Below, in pieces: positions 37,811-47,662 of a stretch of DNA of 64,000 nucleotides. The stretch's first letter is position 1; each line of letters starts with the position of its first letter. This DNA comes from a virus: the IMG/VR virus record IMGVR_UViG_3300027082_000001, positions 9,613-73,612 of that record; one strand, written 5' to 3'. The position numbers were made by a program, and so were the translations under genes. The notes beneath the pieces are model-generated. The model did no database searches, was not told where the DNA came from, and saw nothing but the letters and a program-made list of their open reading frames with translations.

Positions 37811-39424
37811 TCATACCACATAGGCGTCAATGCCAACTTCTTCATCCATTTCGGCCTCTGTACCCCAAATAGGGTCAGTAGTCGATACTTCTTCCGGTGT
37901 TTGCTCTTCTTCCGGGTTTGGTTTCCATGGGTTCATAACAGACAGCATTGAGATTGTATCTAGGCAGTCATCCTTGCCCATAATACCGTCCCGAGTTGCA
38001 AGACTGATCTGTTCCATGAATAGACCAAGCGTTTTCGTCTCTTTCAGTTCCAACGCAAAATGGATCTTTCCAGCTTTGAAAAATGGAACCACAAGATTGA
38101 ACCGCGACAGTTTGTCTGTCATCGGACGAATTCCGGGTTTGTTGGTTTTTGGATCATGGGTCAAATTGAAGTAGACACCCCGACGATCCATCTCGGCCAT
38201 GATCCATGGAATGAAACCACCCTGCTGACCAGTGACTTCGATACCGACACCTTGAGGTTCATACTCCTGTGCAAAATTGAACAGATCGTTGATAGTTTTG
38301 CCCATCTGTTGACGTTCGCACAGACCATCCACCCATGTCCAATGACCGTCTTTGTCATAGGCCCAGACCGAAATTACAGTGTAATCAGCGGTTTGTTTGG
38401 ACGACGTAGCAAAGTCAGTGGTGATGTAGAAGTTGTAATCCTTTTTGCGCTGAAGGATTTGCTGTCGAGACTTCCAACCAATTTCTGCTTCCTGAACCAA
38501 ACGAGATTCATCAGAGGTAATCCGAAGCATAAGCTCCTGACGGAACGACTTTTCTTTGCCTTCTTGTACAGCCGACTCATACATATCCTTGACGTATTCA
38601 AAGGTGAATCGGTCTTCCCAAGCGCCCGAGAACTCTGCTTCAGTACAAGGAAATTCTTTACAAATAGGCCAGACGTTCACTTCCCATGCACCAGACTCAA
38701 TTGCCTGATACACGATGTCGTCTTTGTTGAATGGAGTTCCGTTGAGGATCATCTTGTGACGGGTGGGGTCCAGAGCATACTGCACACCCGAGTAGACCGT
38801 ATCATTTATTGCTTCCATCGCAGTGGGAGACTTAGAGTCAGCATCTGAGATCAAGTCATCCATAACTGCAAGCACAGGACGACGGTTGAAAATCTTTGTA
38901 CCTCGGATACCAGACTTGGCACCAAACATCTTTACACCAAAACGACCACCGCTTTTATTGAAGAATTCCATATACTTCTCAGTGAAACGAACATTTTCTT
39001 CTGGCAACCAATACTGAAGAAACTCCGAAGAAAAGTATCGTGACTTCACTGATTCACGCATCGACTGAACACCGTTATCCATCGAATCTGAAATATACAA
39101 CATTCCCGAGACTGATCCAAAACCGGGAATGTGATTGAACATTGCCAAATACAGAATCAGATATTCAGCCATCAATGTGGTCTTTGCCGTACCACGAGCA
39201 CAGAGATTCGTGATCTTCTTTTTCTTGGTGGGTAGTTTATCAAGCATAGCTAAGTGCATTGTAGGGGTCTTGTTGTCTTCACCACGACCATCATTGCACA
39301 GTTTAATGAAGTTCATGAATTCGAGACTGAACTTTGAAGGAATGTAACCCCCGTTGTTCAGCCAATCGAAATCCACTTCATTCAGATAATCATCTACCGT
39401 CTTATTTCCGAAAAACTTACTCAT
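37811..39424 (-). CDS. terminase large subunit (N4 gp68-like)
   Basis: ARGTAKTT Walker A, AVMDD Walker B, GTPF, TTDFATS, KDDCLD nuclease acids. Confidence 0.95.
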   Translation of the reverse strand: MSKFFGNKTVDDYLNEVDFDWLNNGGYIPSKFSLEFMNFIKLCNDGRGEDNKTPTMHLAMLDKLPTKKKKITNLCARGTAKTTLMAEYLILYLAMFNHIPGFGSVSGMLYISDSMDNGVQSMRESVKSRYFSSEFLQYWLPEENVRFTEKYMEFFNKSGGRFGVKMFGAKSGIRGTKIFNRRPVLAVMDDLISDADSKSPTAMEAINDTVYSGVQYALDPTRHKMILNGTPFNKDDIVYQAIESGAWEVNVWPICKEFPCTEAEFSGAWEDRFTFEYVKDMYESAVQEGKEKSFRQELMLRITSDESRLVQEAEIGWKSRQQILQRKKDYNFYITTDFATSSKQTADYTVISVWAYDKDGHWTWVDGLCERQQMGKTINDLFNFAQEYEPQGVGIEVTGQQGGFIPWIMAEMDRRGVYFNLTHDPKTNKPGIRPMTDKLSRFNLVVPFFKAGKIHFALELKETKTLGLFMEQISLATRDGIMGKDDCLDTISMLSVMNPWKPNPEEEQTPEEVSTTDPIWGTEAEMDEEVGIDAYVV

Positions 39425-40121
39425 CCACAGTCTCCGCTTCCGGAATGTTTAAGGGCATTCCTGCAACATCTTCCACGGACATGGCTTTTCCTTCGATGGT
39501 TTTCATCTGCATCTCAGCCATTTCACTCAGACGTTGTTCCAGAGCTTTCATACCATCGTTCAGACCAATCTCGACTTTCAGTTCAGCTTTGTTGGATTCA
39601 GGCTTTTTCAGATGAGTTAGAATCGAGTTTGCAGCTTCCACACGCACTTTATCACTCACGCTCACGTCGTTCATGATCTCATACTGGGTGTTCAGCGCAG
39701 ATTGGAACATATCCTGATTCAGAACCCATGTTGGAATCATGGCTCGTTCATAAACCATGTTGACCAGCTTGCCTTTGTTGTACGCGGAAACATAACTGGC
39801 AATGTCTTTGGGCTGCCGTCCGTTGGCTACCATTTGTTGATGTCGATCTGGAAATGTTGCCTTGTAGGCTTCGAGATTCGATTTCCCCATAACCTTGTGA
39901 GACACGTACATGACTGCACGCACATAATCTCCCAGTTTGAAACGACCTTCAGACAAAACTTGACTGAATGAGATAAAATTCTCTCTAATGTACCGAGCTT
40001 CTTCTGGATCTTTAGATAGAGCATTTAGTTGGTTGACCATATCCTGCGTAATATGACCTTTTTGGCCAGCGGGCAGGCTGTCTTGAACTTCTTTTAATGT
40101 CAGCATTGTTTTCAGCTCCAT
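39417..40121 (-). CDS. N4 gp69-like protein (probable terminase small subunit)
   Basis: AYKATFPDR, AYNKGKLVN, AANSILTHLKKPE; directly upstream of TerL. Confidence 0.82.
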   Translation of the reverse strand: MELKTMLTLKEVQDSLPAGQKGHITQDMVNQLNALSKDPEEARYIRENFISFSQVLSEGRFKLGDYVRAVMYVSHKVMGKSNLEAYKATFPDRHQQMVANGRQPKDIASYVSAYNKGKLVNMVYERAMIPTWVLNQDMFQSALNTQYEIMNDVSVSDKVRVEAANSILTHLKKPESNKAELKVEIGLNDGMKALEQRLSEMAEMQMKTIEGKAMSVEDVAGMPLNIPEAETVDE

Positions 40122-40228
40122 AACCTTAGAATAAGAGTTTTTCTAACACTCCTATAACCTAAACAAAGACTAAAAAACAAATACTGCTTACAGGTCGAGC
40201 GAAACAGTCTTCATGGCTGGTGCGCCTG

Positions 40229-40741
40229 TTACTTTGACAGAGTGCCGCTCCACGACAAAATCTCATCCATCACAGCCAGCAGACACGCAAACGTGTCACG
40301 GGCCTGTTGGGTGTGCTGGATCTTGCCCCTCACCGATTTCACCCACGCCTGCGCCTCATCGGGATTTCGGTAGCAGATATGACCACAGGGCAATCCGCGC
40401 TTGACCAGCGTTGGGGCCAACACTCGCCCACCGCTGCGATGTGCTCCGTGCAGAACGTAGGCAGATCCCGTGATATCCTGATCTTTGAGAGTTTCCGCAA
40501 ACCGAACAGCCGACTCGCTCGTTTCAGCCAAGGGCAGAACAGACAGGTCGGCTTGCAGCAACACCTCCCGATTCATATGATCTGGAAGACCGAGATCAAT
40601 CACTGCGTGCAGGGTTTGAAAGGCGGTCAGCCAATATGCCCACTCCGCGCGGGTGACGTTTCCGGCAAACATCCGTTGTCCGACCGGGTGTGCCTCACAG
40701 GCATGATGTAGATCGCGGGTAGCTTCATAAAGTGTCTTCAT
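40229..40741 (-). CDS. heme oxygenase-like protein
   Basis: LYEATRDLHHACE proximal-His helix, LLQADL, YVLHGAHRSGG distal-helix-like motif, ARDTF end helix. Confidence 0.75.
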   Translation of the reverse strand: MKTLYEATRDLHHACEAHPVGQRMFAGNVTRAEWAYWLTAFQTLHAVIDLGLPDHMNREVLLQADLSVLPLAETSESAVRFAETLKDQDITGSAYVLHGAHRSGGRVLAPTLVKRGLPCGHICYRNPDEAQAWVKSVRGKIQHTQQARDTFACLLAVMDEILSWSGTLSK

Positions 40742-41022
40742 ATCTTTTCCAGTCTGTTGTTGTGTTCCAAGGTTTTCAAAGCATCGGAAACTTCAACGGT
40801 CCATGCGTTCGCGCAGTGATCCTCTTCCCACCAGAGTGGTAGGTGTCGAAAAAAGGAGTCGATCCGACGTTCAGCCACCGGCCATTCCAGATGTGCTCTT
40901 GCGCTGACGCTCTGTCGGGTCGAGCCACCGAGAAAGGCGGCGTTGGCAAACCGTGACGCCACCTGCCCCAGCGCCTCGAAGACCCGCAGAACGATGTAGA
41001 CGGGACGCGGCAGACGCATCAC
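40738..41022 (-). CDS. conserved small phage protein
   Basis: N-x4-GG-x3-S-x-SAR...W...ID...HC pattern; 4-nt overlaps on both sides. Confidence 0.7.
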   Translation of the reverse strand: MMRLPRPVYIVLRVFEALGQVASRFANAAFLGGSTRQSVSARAHLEWPVAERRIDSFFRHLPLWWEEDHCANAWTVEVSDALKTLEHNNRLEKI

Positions 41023-41561
41023 CCCATCACCTCGATATAGGCTGCGTCAAAAGCCGCTTCGACGTTAACAGTTGGGTCAGCCGTTAGCATGGCCGCAACA
41101 GCTTCCTCAGCCTCGAAACACGCTCTGACGTGACCTGCGATAGCACCGGCCACCTGCATCAGTTGCTCGGAAGACAGTTCCACCCAGCCGCTCTCGGCCT
41201 TCCAGCGCACCGGTAGTTCGATTAAACCAAGGTTGGCGCTCAATACCGTGGCTGTGATCTGAGATTGCGACTCCCGTGAGGTCAGAAGGGAAAGGCCGTT
41301 TGGAAGAATTAGCCCCCCAACCTCCCGCTGCCAACGGACCCACGCCAAACGGGCAAACGGCTCTGTCGGAGCGGCGGTCTTTTGTGCTGCCTCGGGGTTG
41401 GCTTTGATCTCGCGCAGCCGGGACTGAAAGTTGCTTTCGACCGAGAAGGTTTCAAAGAACTTTGCACCCGTGGAAAGGGTGGCCCCGGCAGACAGAAAAC
41501 CACTGCCCACCGTTTCACCATGCGCGATCCACCACGTTGGTTCAGTTGCCGTGTAATTCAT
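41019..41561 (-). CDS. DUF4376-like tail fibre-associated protein
   Basis: RWQREVGG, TSRESQ, WKAESGWVEL, HVRACFEAE. Confidence 0.8.
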   Translation of the reverse strand: MNYTATEPTWWIAHGETVGSGFLSAGATLSTGAKFFETFSVESNFQSRLREIKANPEAAQKTAAPTEPFARLAWVRWQREVGGLILPNGLSLLTSRESQSQITATVLSANLGLIELPVRWKAESGWVELSSEQLMQVAGAIAGHVRACFEAEEAVAAMLTADPTVNVEAAFDAAYIEVMG

Positions 41562-44164
41562 CAGACCAGCCCTCCATCAGATATGGTCCAGCCCGCACCA
41601 CCGGGAGTGCTCCCCGTCAGATAGGTGCGACCTTCAACAGCGTCTTCGTAAGTTTCGCCAACAAAATAATCGGTGGCATCATATGTGCGGAAACTGAAAT
41701 CCGCCGAAAGCCCGAACGGTCCGCTATTCAATGTTATGTTATTCGCCCAGCCAGCCAGCAACTTGGAATAATTCTCGGTAGAGAAGCCGTGGGTTGTTTC
41801 ACTACCGCCACCCATGAACCCTTCCAAATTAACTCCAGCAGGGTTTAACTGCCAACTGGAAATGTCTTGGTTAAAAGGAATCACATTGGGTCGATTAGTG
41901 CCGTCAATACACCCGAACATGTAACTCATATCCACGACATTTGAAACGTCCCAACCGGCAAGAGGCTGATTGAAACTTGATTTTCGCTCACTAGCACTCG
42001 CTTTAGTTTTTGAAAACATGCCTTTCATTGTTACGACACTCGACACATCCCAACTCTCGATAGGTTGATTGAACGCATAGGCAATGTTGGTCCCTTGAAA
42101 CATGTAACTCATATTCGTTACGTTCGATGTGTTCCAGTTCCCGATGGGCTGGTTGAAGACGTTTGCACCTAGAAACAAATCAGCCATATTAGTGACGCCG
42201 GATGTGTCCCATGTCGTGATGGAAGGATGGTTGAACGCGAAAGCATATTTGAACATCCCACTTATATTTGCTGGCAACACCCATCCGCTGACATCGTTGT
42301 TAAATTGCGAAACAGAAAACATGCGATCAACATTTGTAGCCGATGACAGGTTCCAGTCAGTTAAGGGCTGGTTGAAAGATGTGTTAGCAAACATCCAGTC
42401 AAAACTTGTGACATTGGACACGTCCCATCCGGCTATGGGCTGATTAAACTCATTTGCTGCTTTGAACATGCCTTCCATCGTGACCGCGCTTGAAACATCC
42501 CAGCCGGATATATCCTCGTTCCAGTAGCGCCCCCGGTTGCTGTCGCTGTCTCCAAACATGTACGAGAAGTCAGTGACCTTAGAGACGTTCCAGCCGGTCA
42601 CACCATACTGAAAAAGACCGCCGCCGTTATAGGTGTCTCCGTCGATAGCAGCACTGTCGCTATTGGTGCCAAACATGTGGGACATGGTTGTGGCACTGCT
42701 GGTGTCCCACGCGCTCAGATCCTGATTGAATACCGGGTTGCGGATAAACATGCCGCTGAAGGTCGTGACGTTCGACACATCCCAGACGCCTATGGATGGG
42801 TGGTTGAACTTGGTCCGGTCCACATAGCCATAGAACATCTCGCGCATATTTGTCGCGCTGCCCGTGTTCCATTCCAGCGGGCCGTTGTAGTCCGAGTAAA
42901 AGAACATACGCTCGAAGGTCTGGACATTCGACATGTCGAGTGCAGAGACGTTGAAGCCGGGGTTGGCCTCCCAAAACATGCCGGTGCAATCCGTCACCTG
43001 CGGTGGCAAAGCCGGGTTCACATAAGTCGTATTACTGGTGCAGTTGCGGAACATTTCGCGCAGTGAAGTCAGCCCCAGTTTGAAGCCGATGTTGTCCACC
43101 CGCACCAAACCCTGAAGGTTCGCATTGCCACCATATTGTTCAAGCTGCCCACTAATCGTGACCACGCGCAAGCTGTCGTCGCCTTCTGCGTAGGTGTGGC
43201 TGACGTTGCCGCTAGACTGAACAGTTTGCGTGGACCCGTCACCCCATGCGATCAGCACATCAACGATGCCGCCGTAGATACCCAGCGGAAGAGTAATCGT
43301 CCGATTCTGCGCCTTTACAGGATCATAGACCATGATCATGGACGCAGCACCGTTCAAGATCGTGCGAACAGATGACCAATCGGTGTAAGTGATCGCACCT
43401 GCCCCACCTACACGCCCGCCGTAGCGACCGCGCCAAAGGTAAGCGTTACCATCAACCAACGTATCAGGTAGAAAAACAGACGCACCAACAACCGATGTGA
43501 CCGTTTCCAACGGCGGATCGACTTCGGGATCAGACCCTTCATCCCAAAGTTCGATCTGGGTTTCGACATAGGACAGCCCAAAAGCGGAATTGAACGCGGT
43601 AAGTTCAACGGCACCACTGGTAGCACCCTCGGCAGTCACGGCGCTAGGATCGTCAATCAGATCAGGGTAAACCTGACGGAACGGCAAGGAAAACTCCGAC
43701 TGCCCACCCTCGGTGCCAGTGTATAAACCACGCCACCAAAACTCTTGGCCGGGGGTTAGGCCGTCTCCGGGGTAGATCGTCTCATATTCACTGGCCGTGG
43801 TACTGGTTATATCGCGCGTCAATATAGGATTGTCGAACCCGTCCTGAGAAGCCGCCACTTCAAAATACACCCCGGTTTGTGTCAAACCGCGTGGGCTGAA
43901 AAACTGCGTCAAACGCAGCTTCTTTGCTTCTTCGCTATTTGTAGGGGGCAGCGCACTCGGTCTCCCGATGTCCACGACTCCCGTGGGGATTCGCCATTGA
44001 ACACCATCCGAGTAGTAAAACTGGCCATCAGAGCCGTAGATCGCCGCGCCCTCATAAAGCGTGGCATCGAGAGATTCTTCTACGGGCGACTGGACGGGCC
44101 TACCGCGACCAAGAAATTGCGGCTGTCCAAGAAAACGAAGGCCGGTATTCAGAAATCTGCTCAT
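41561..44164 (-). CDS. BspA/DUF285 repeat protein (putative receptor-binding adhesin)
   Basis: More than ten W(D/N)(V/T)SxVTxMxxMF...FNQ repeats; PKD-like IAWGDG...HTY; ends GWTISDGG. Confidence 0.85.
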   Translation of the reverse strand: MSRFLNTGLRFLGQPQFLGRGRPVQSPVEESLDATLYEGAAIYGSDGQFYYSDGVQWRIPTGVVDIGRPSALPPTNSEEAKKLRLTQFFSPRGLTQTGVYFEVAASQDGFDNPILTRDITSTTASEYETIYPGDGLTPGQEFWWRGLYTGTEGGQSEFSLPFRQVYPDLIDDPSAVTAEGATSGAVELTAFNSAFGLSYVETQIELWDEGSDPEVDPPLETVTSVVGASVFLPDTLVDGNAYLWRGRYGGRVGGAGAITYTDWSSVRTILNGAASMIMVYDPVKAQNRTITLPLGIYGGIVDVLIAWGDGSTQTVQSSGNVSHTYAEGDDSLRVVTISGQLEQYGGNANLQGLVRVDNIGFKLGLTSLREMFRNCTSNTTYVNPALPPQVTDCTGMFWEANPGFNVSALDMSNVQTFERMFFYSDYNGPLEWNTGSATNMREMFYGYVDRTKFNHPSIGVWDVSNVTTFSGMFIRNPVFNQDLSAWDTSSATTMSHMFGTNSDSAAIDGDTYNGGGLFQYGVTGWNVSKVTDFSYMFGDSDSNRGRYWNEDISGWDVSSAVTMEGMFKAANEFNQPIAGWDVSNVTSFDWMFANTSFNQPLTDWNLSSATNVDRMFSVSQFNNDVSGWVLPANISGMFKYAFAFNHPSITTWDTSGVTNMADLFLGANVFNQPIGNWNTSNVTNMSYMFQGTNIAYAFNQPIESWDVSSVVTMKGMFSKTKASASERKSSFNQPLAGWDVSNVVDMSYMFGCIDGTNRPNVIPFNQDISSWQLNPAGVNLEGFMGGGSETTHGFSTENYSKLLAGWANNITLNSGPFGLSADFSFRTYDATDYFVGETYEDAVEGRTYLTGSTPGGAGWTISDGGLV

Positions 44165-44631
44165 TATGATGCCTCCGGCTCGTGTTGTTCTGCGGCCCCT
44201 TCGGAGCCTGTGCTGGTGACGCTCACTACGCCCGCTGTGGAGGCTTTGACCTGAAGCCGATCTCCGTTGGTGGAGTCTTTGTCCAGCTTCAAAAGACGTT
44301 GTCCCGGCGAAGGATGCAAGTAGGTTTCTAGTGTCGTGATCTGGATGACAGCCTGAACGACACGGGTTCCGTCTTCCTGCAAGATGCTGATTTCCACTGT
44401 CACCGTGTCGAGACTGCGGTTGTGAAACATAATTGGAGCTTCAACTAGAGCAAAACCCGGTTGAACGCGGCGCTCATTGTCCGCTGGATCACGATCAGTA
44501 GGCCACCGTAGCTGCGGGTCCGGCACTGAAAAATCCGGCGCTTCCAAGATTGTCTCCCATACCGTTCCGATGGATTCGATTGCGATGGACTTCGGGACTG
44601 CTGCCCCAGCTTGACGAACAGTGTATCTCAT
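44164..44631 (-). CDS. putative tail-associated structural protein
   Basis: 155 aa, beta-rich, GDRLQVKAS; coupled to both neighbours. Confidence 0.7.
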   Translation of the reverse strand: MRYTVRQAGAAVPKSIAIESIGTVWETILEAPDFSVPDPQLRWPTDRDPADNERRVQPGFALVEAPIMFHNRSLDTVTVEISILQEDGTRVVQAVIQITTLETYLHPSPGQRLLKLDKDSTNGDRLQVKASTAGVVSVTSTGSEGAAEQHEPEAS

Positions 44632-47522
44632 GTCTGGCCTCCAGTAATCATGGCAGCGCGACGGGCACGCGGCAGAATGGTGCGGTCAATCGGGGGGCCT
44701 TCAAGCTGCCCTGTTAGCGGGTTCACCAGCGCGCCACCTGTGAAGTATTGCTTGCCGTTCTCATCAACGCCAGAGTAAACCACACGACCCAAGTTTTTTT
44801 CGACGATGCTCTGTGGAACTTCTTGAGAGGGGCGCGAAAAGGCTCGTCCGTTAACTCCACTCAAGGTCTGGTTCCACTGGTGATTCTGGGCGCTCACGAC
44901 GCTGGGGATGCGCTTGGTGGGAATTGTGGAAGCATTGGTGGTCCCAATCAGAACATCGTCGATCAAAGTTGTCACCATCGCTTGCGCCCCAGCCGAAACC
45001 AGAGCGTTGATCTCGTCCCTGATCTTCTCCCAAGCCATCGTGAACCACGACAAGTCTCCCGAACTCCAAACGGGAACAGCGTTCCAGTTGAACATACCTT
45101 GGGTGAATAGCTTTACCGAGTTTTGTTGCCCGGCCTCCAGATCGTAGCGCAGCGACAAGAGCAAAAAGGTAGCATCTTTGCGTGTATGCGCCTCAAGAGA
45201 CGCCGCTGATTCCGTGGAAAGCCCGTTCGTGTATCCTTCCGCGACAAGGTGACTCCACATGGCGTCCTGAATCGCGGTTTCATTGCTCTCGATAGCAGAA
45301 GCCGCCGTTGGGTAGGCGCTGATCGCCGCCGTGTTGGCGTCGTAGGATTCGACTTGATTGCGATAACCCTCTGACCACAAAGACCAGTCCCCAGCTTGAG
45401 AGGCGCAGCCCGAGGCAATGATAAGACCACCGTTCAAGGCCATATACTGCTTATGGGACCACAAGGCGATGGCATTAATGGCGTTAATGAAAGCGCCGTT
45501 CTTGGCGCAGTAACCAATACCGTTGGGGTTGCTGGGCGTGGCTCCCCACGCCATGATCTGCGGGAATACCGAGTAGGGGCTGACCACATCGCGGTCGGCA
45601 AGAATGACTCCACCACCGCGCCCGACCATCGGGTTCTGATTGGCTCGGTCAAGCGGTGGTGGGATCAGCACCGGATTCCCCGTGCGATACATCACGATGT
45701 TATGGGCGTAAACCGTGCGGTTGATGACGGCTCCGGGACGAAAGGATATGGCGAAACCTTCGGTGGGATTATCGAGGTCATCGACGCGCCAGCCACCTTC
45801 GAAGCTGAAGCCCTGCACATAACCACCATTACCCATGCGGAACACATTACGCTCCTCATAACCCGGCGCGGGGATGATTTTGGTGGAGCGCGCCGCAGTG
45901 GCAGAAATGACGCCCGTGCAATTATCGGGAAAATCAATATGCCCCTGTGTCTGGTAGGTTCCCGGCCACACTTGGATCGACCACAGCGTTGTATCGTCGG
46001 CTGCGGCAATGTCTCTGGCTTGCTCGATACTTCGTACTGCGTTTCGTAAGCTTCGGCCATTATTTGAATCATCGCCTCCCTCGGAAACAAAAATTGTCCG
46101 AGCTACAGGTTCTCCCGGAATCCATTCCGACGGCCATTCAAACTCAGGTTCCGAGGTATAGACGCCTTCAGCTCTGACTTTAACCGTTTCTTTGCTCCAT
46201 TGAGGAACTGTTCGCAGCATAAGTAAATCTACAGCAGTCGAATGATCTACACCAAAAAACTCAACTTCAACAGTCGCGTATTTTGCACCAGTAGGTGGAA
46301 TAATCTTATCCGCAATTGAAGCATTCCAAGAAATGATTTTGATGACTGTTTTATAGCCATCAGCAACAGTTAGACTGCTATCATTTACAATTTGTTCTGC
46401 ACCAATCCATGTTTTGGATTGATCAAAATAACGAATTCGAACTTGCACTGCATCGTTTGCTGGATCGAGAGATTCAACAGTACGGTAGTATCCAACTTTC
46501 AGTTCAAGCGATGAACCTTCTTCAATTGCTACAAGTTCTAAAGGTTTCACAATTGTTGCAGTAGATGTTACCGCAGCAGTTCCATGTGGAGTAACTTGAA
46601 CAGTTGCTTCACCAAGATCAAATACACCCGGAACATCACCCGGACGAAATCGCATTTCCGCGCGTTTATAGTATGTTTCGTTTGTGACACCTGCATCTAC
46701 AACATTATCTTCAAGCGCAACAATTCTTTGTTGCCAATCTGCTTCAAGATTATTCACTAATGCAGCTTCTCGGATCAGATTGCTCGAAGCATCTCGTGCA
46801 ATTTCTGCATCTGTTTTGGCTGCAATAACTTCTGTTTTTGTTGCAACAACAATATCTTTATCTGTTTCCACTTGAGAAGCTAGGGACGTAACAGTATTTT
46901 TATCAGTTGCAGCTTGGGATGCAGAAGCATTCGCCAGTTTTTGACTATTCAAACTTTGTTCTGAATAATTTTTCGACGTTTCAGAATAAGTTTTTGCTGA
47001 ATCCTTATAGGATTTACTATTTTGTTCTGCTTGTTGAGATTGCTCAACAGCAGTATCCAAAGCACCCAGATCAACTCGATTTGCTGCTTCTTCAGCATTA
47101 GCTGCATTTGTTTCGGCAGAAGAAACCAAACCCAGCATAGTTGCATATAGATCAAAAGATCCCGGACTATACTCAGACGTGATATTCAAATCTGCAATAC
47201 AAAATGGTCCTGAACCAGTAAGAGAAACTGTACCAAGAAATTTTTTAATCCTCGGATCATACAATCTATGTTTCGAGTTTTGATCAATGTACGAAACATA
47301 AATCTCGTACACGGTCTGATTAATGCCGTTTGTGTTGGTAAACAAAGTTACTTCAAAATTACCTTGTGCATCCACATCTGCAACATAAGGACCAGCGACA
47401 AAAACATCATCATTTGGATTGGCATCCCAAGATGTCAGATCAAATATGATTTTAGCATCTTCAAGAGCAACAAGTCCGGGAGAATACAAAGGACCATGAA
47501 CAACTGTCGATTGAATTGGCAT
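44628..47522 (-). CDS. tail fibre / tailspike
   Basis: N-terminal anchor, Ala/Ser-rich coiled segment, FVSEGGDDSNNGRS...SIEQA...PGTY pectin-lyase-like beta-helix start. Confidence 0.8.
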   Translation of the reverse strand: MPIQSTVVHGPLYSPGLVALEDAKIIFDLTSWDANPNDDVFVAGPYVADVDAQGNFEVTLFTNTNGINQTVYEIYVSYIDQNSKHRLYDPRIKKFLGTVSLTGSGPFCIADLNITSEYSPGSFDLYATMLGLVSSAETNAANAEEAANRVDLGALDTAVEQSQQAEQNSKSYKDSAKTYSETSKNYSEQSLNSQKLANASASQAATDKNTVTSLASQVETDKDIVVATKTEVIAAKTDAEIARDASSNLIREAALVNNLEADWQQRIVALEDNVVDAGVTNETYYKRAEMRFRPGDVPGVFDLGEATVQVTPHGTAAVTSTATIVKPLELVAIEEGSSLELKVGYYRTVESLDPANDAVQVRIRYFDQSKTWIGAEQIVNDSSLTVADGYKTVIKIISWNASIADKIIPPTGAKYATVEVEFFGVDHSTAVDLLMLRTVPQWSKETVKVRAEGVYTSEPEFEWPSEWIPGEPVARTIFVSEGGDDSNNGRSLRNAVRSIEQARDIAAADDTTLWSIQVWPGTYQTQGHIDFPDNCTGVISATAARSTKIIPAPGYEERNVFRMGNGGYVQGFSFEGGWRVDDLDNPTEGFAISFRPGAVINRTVYAHNIVMYRTGNPVLIPPPLDRANQNPMVGRGGGVILADRDVVSPYSVFPQIMAWGATPSNPNGIGYCAKNGAFINAINAIALWSHKQYMALNGGLIIASGCASQAGDWSLWSEGYRNQVESYDANTAAISAYPTAASAIESNETAIQDAMWSHLVAEGYTNGLSTESAASLEAHTRKDATFLLLSLRYDLEAGQQNSVKLFTQGMFNWNAVPVWSSGDLSWFTMAWEKIRDEINALVSAGAQAMVTTLIDDVLIGTTNASTIPTKRIPSVVSAQNHQWNQTLSGVNGRAFSRPSQEVPQSIVEKNLGRVVYSGVDENGKQYFTGGALVNPLTGQLEGPPIDRTILPRARRAAMITGGQT

Positions 47523-47563
47523 GATTTTAGACCTTTTTGTAGAGTCACTTTGGCGCTTTGGTC

Positions 47564-47592
47564 TCTGTAGGTTACCAGTCTGATACTGTCAA
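47564..47592 (-). promoter_or_regulatory. putative sigma70-type promoter for the tail cassette
   Basis: TTGACA-N17-TACAGA about 40 nt upstream of the tail fibre start. Confidence 0.5.
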
Positions 47593-47662
47593 CTGACTTT
47601 TCTTTTGTGATATCTCATAGGTCATGAGTCTGACGACACAATATCAACAAAAAGGAAAACCC

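Noticed and set aside
41561-44164. Possible diversity-generating retroelement target or CRISPR-like repeats
   Set aside because: Repeats are degenerate protein-level units; no reverse transcriptase, template repeat or identical spaced repeats seen
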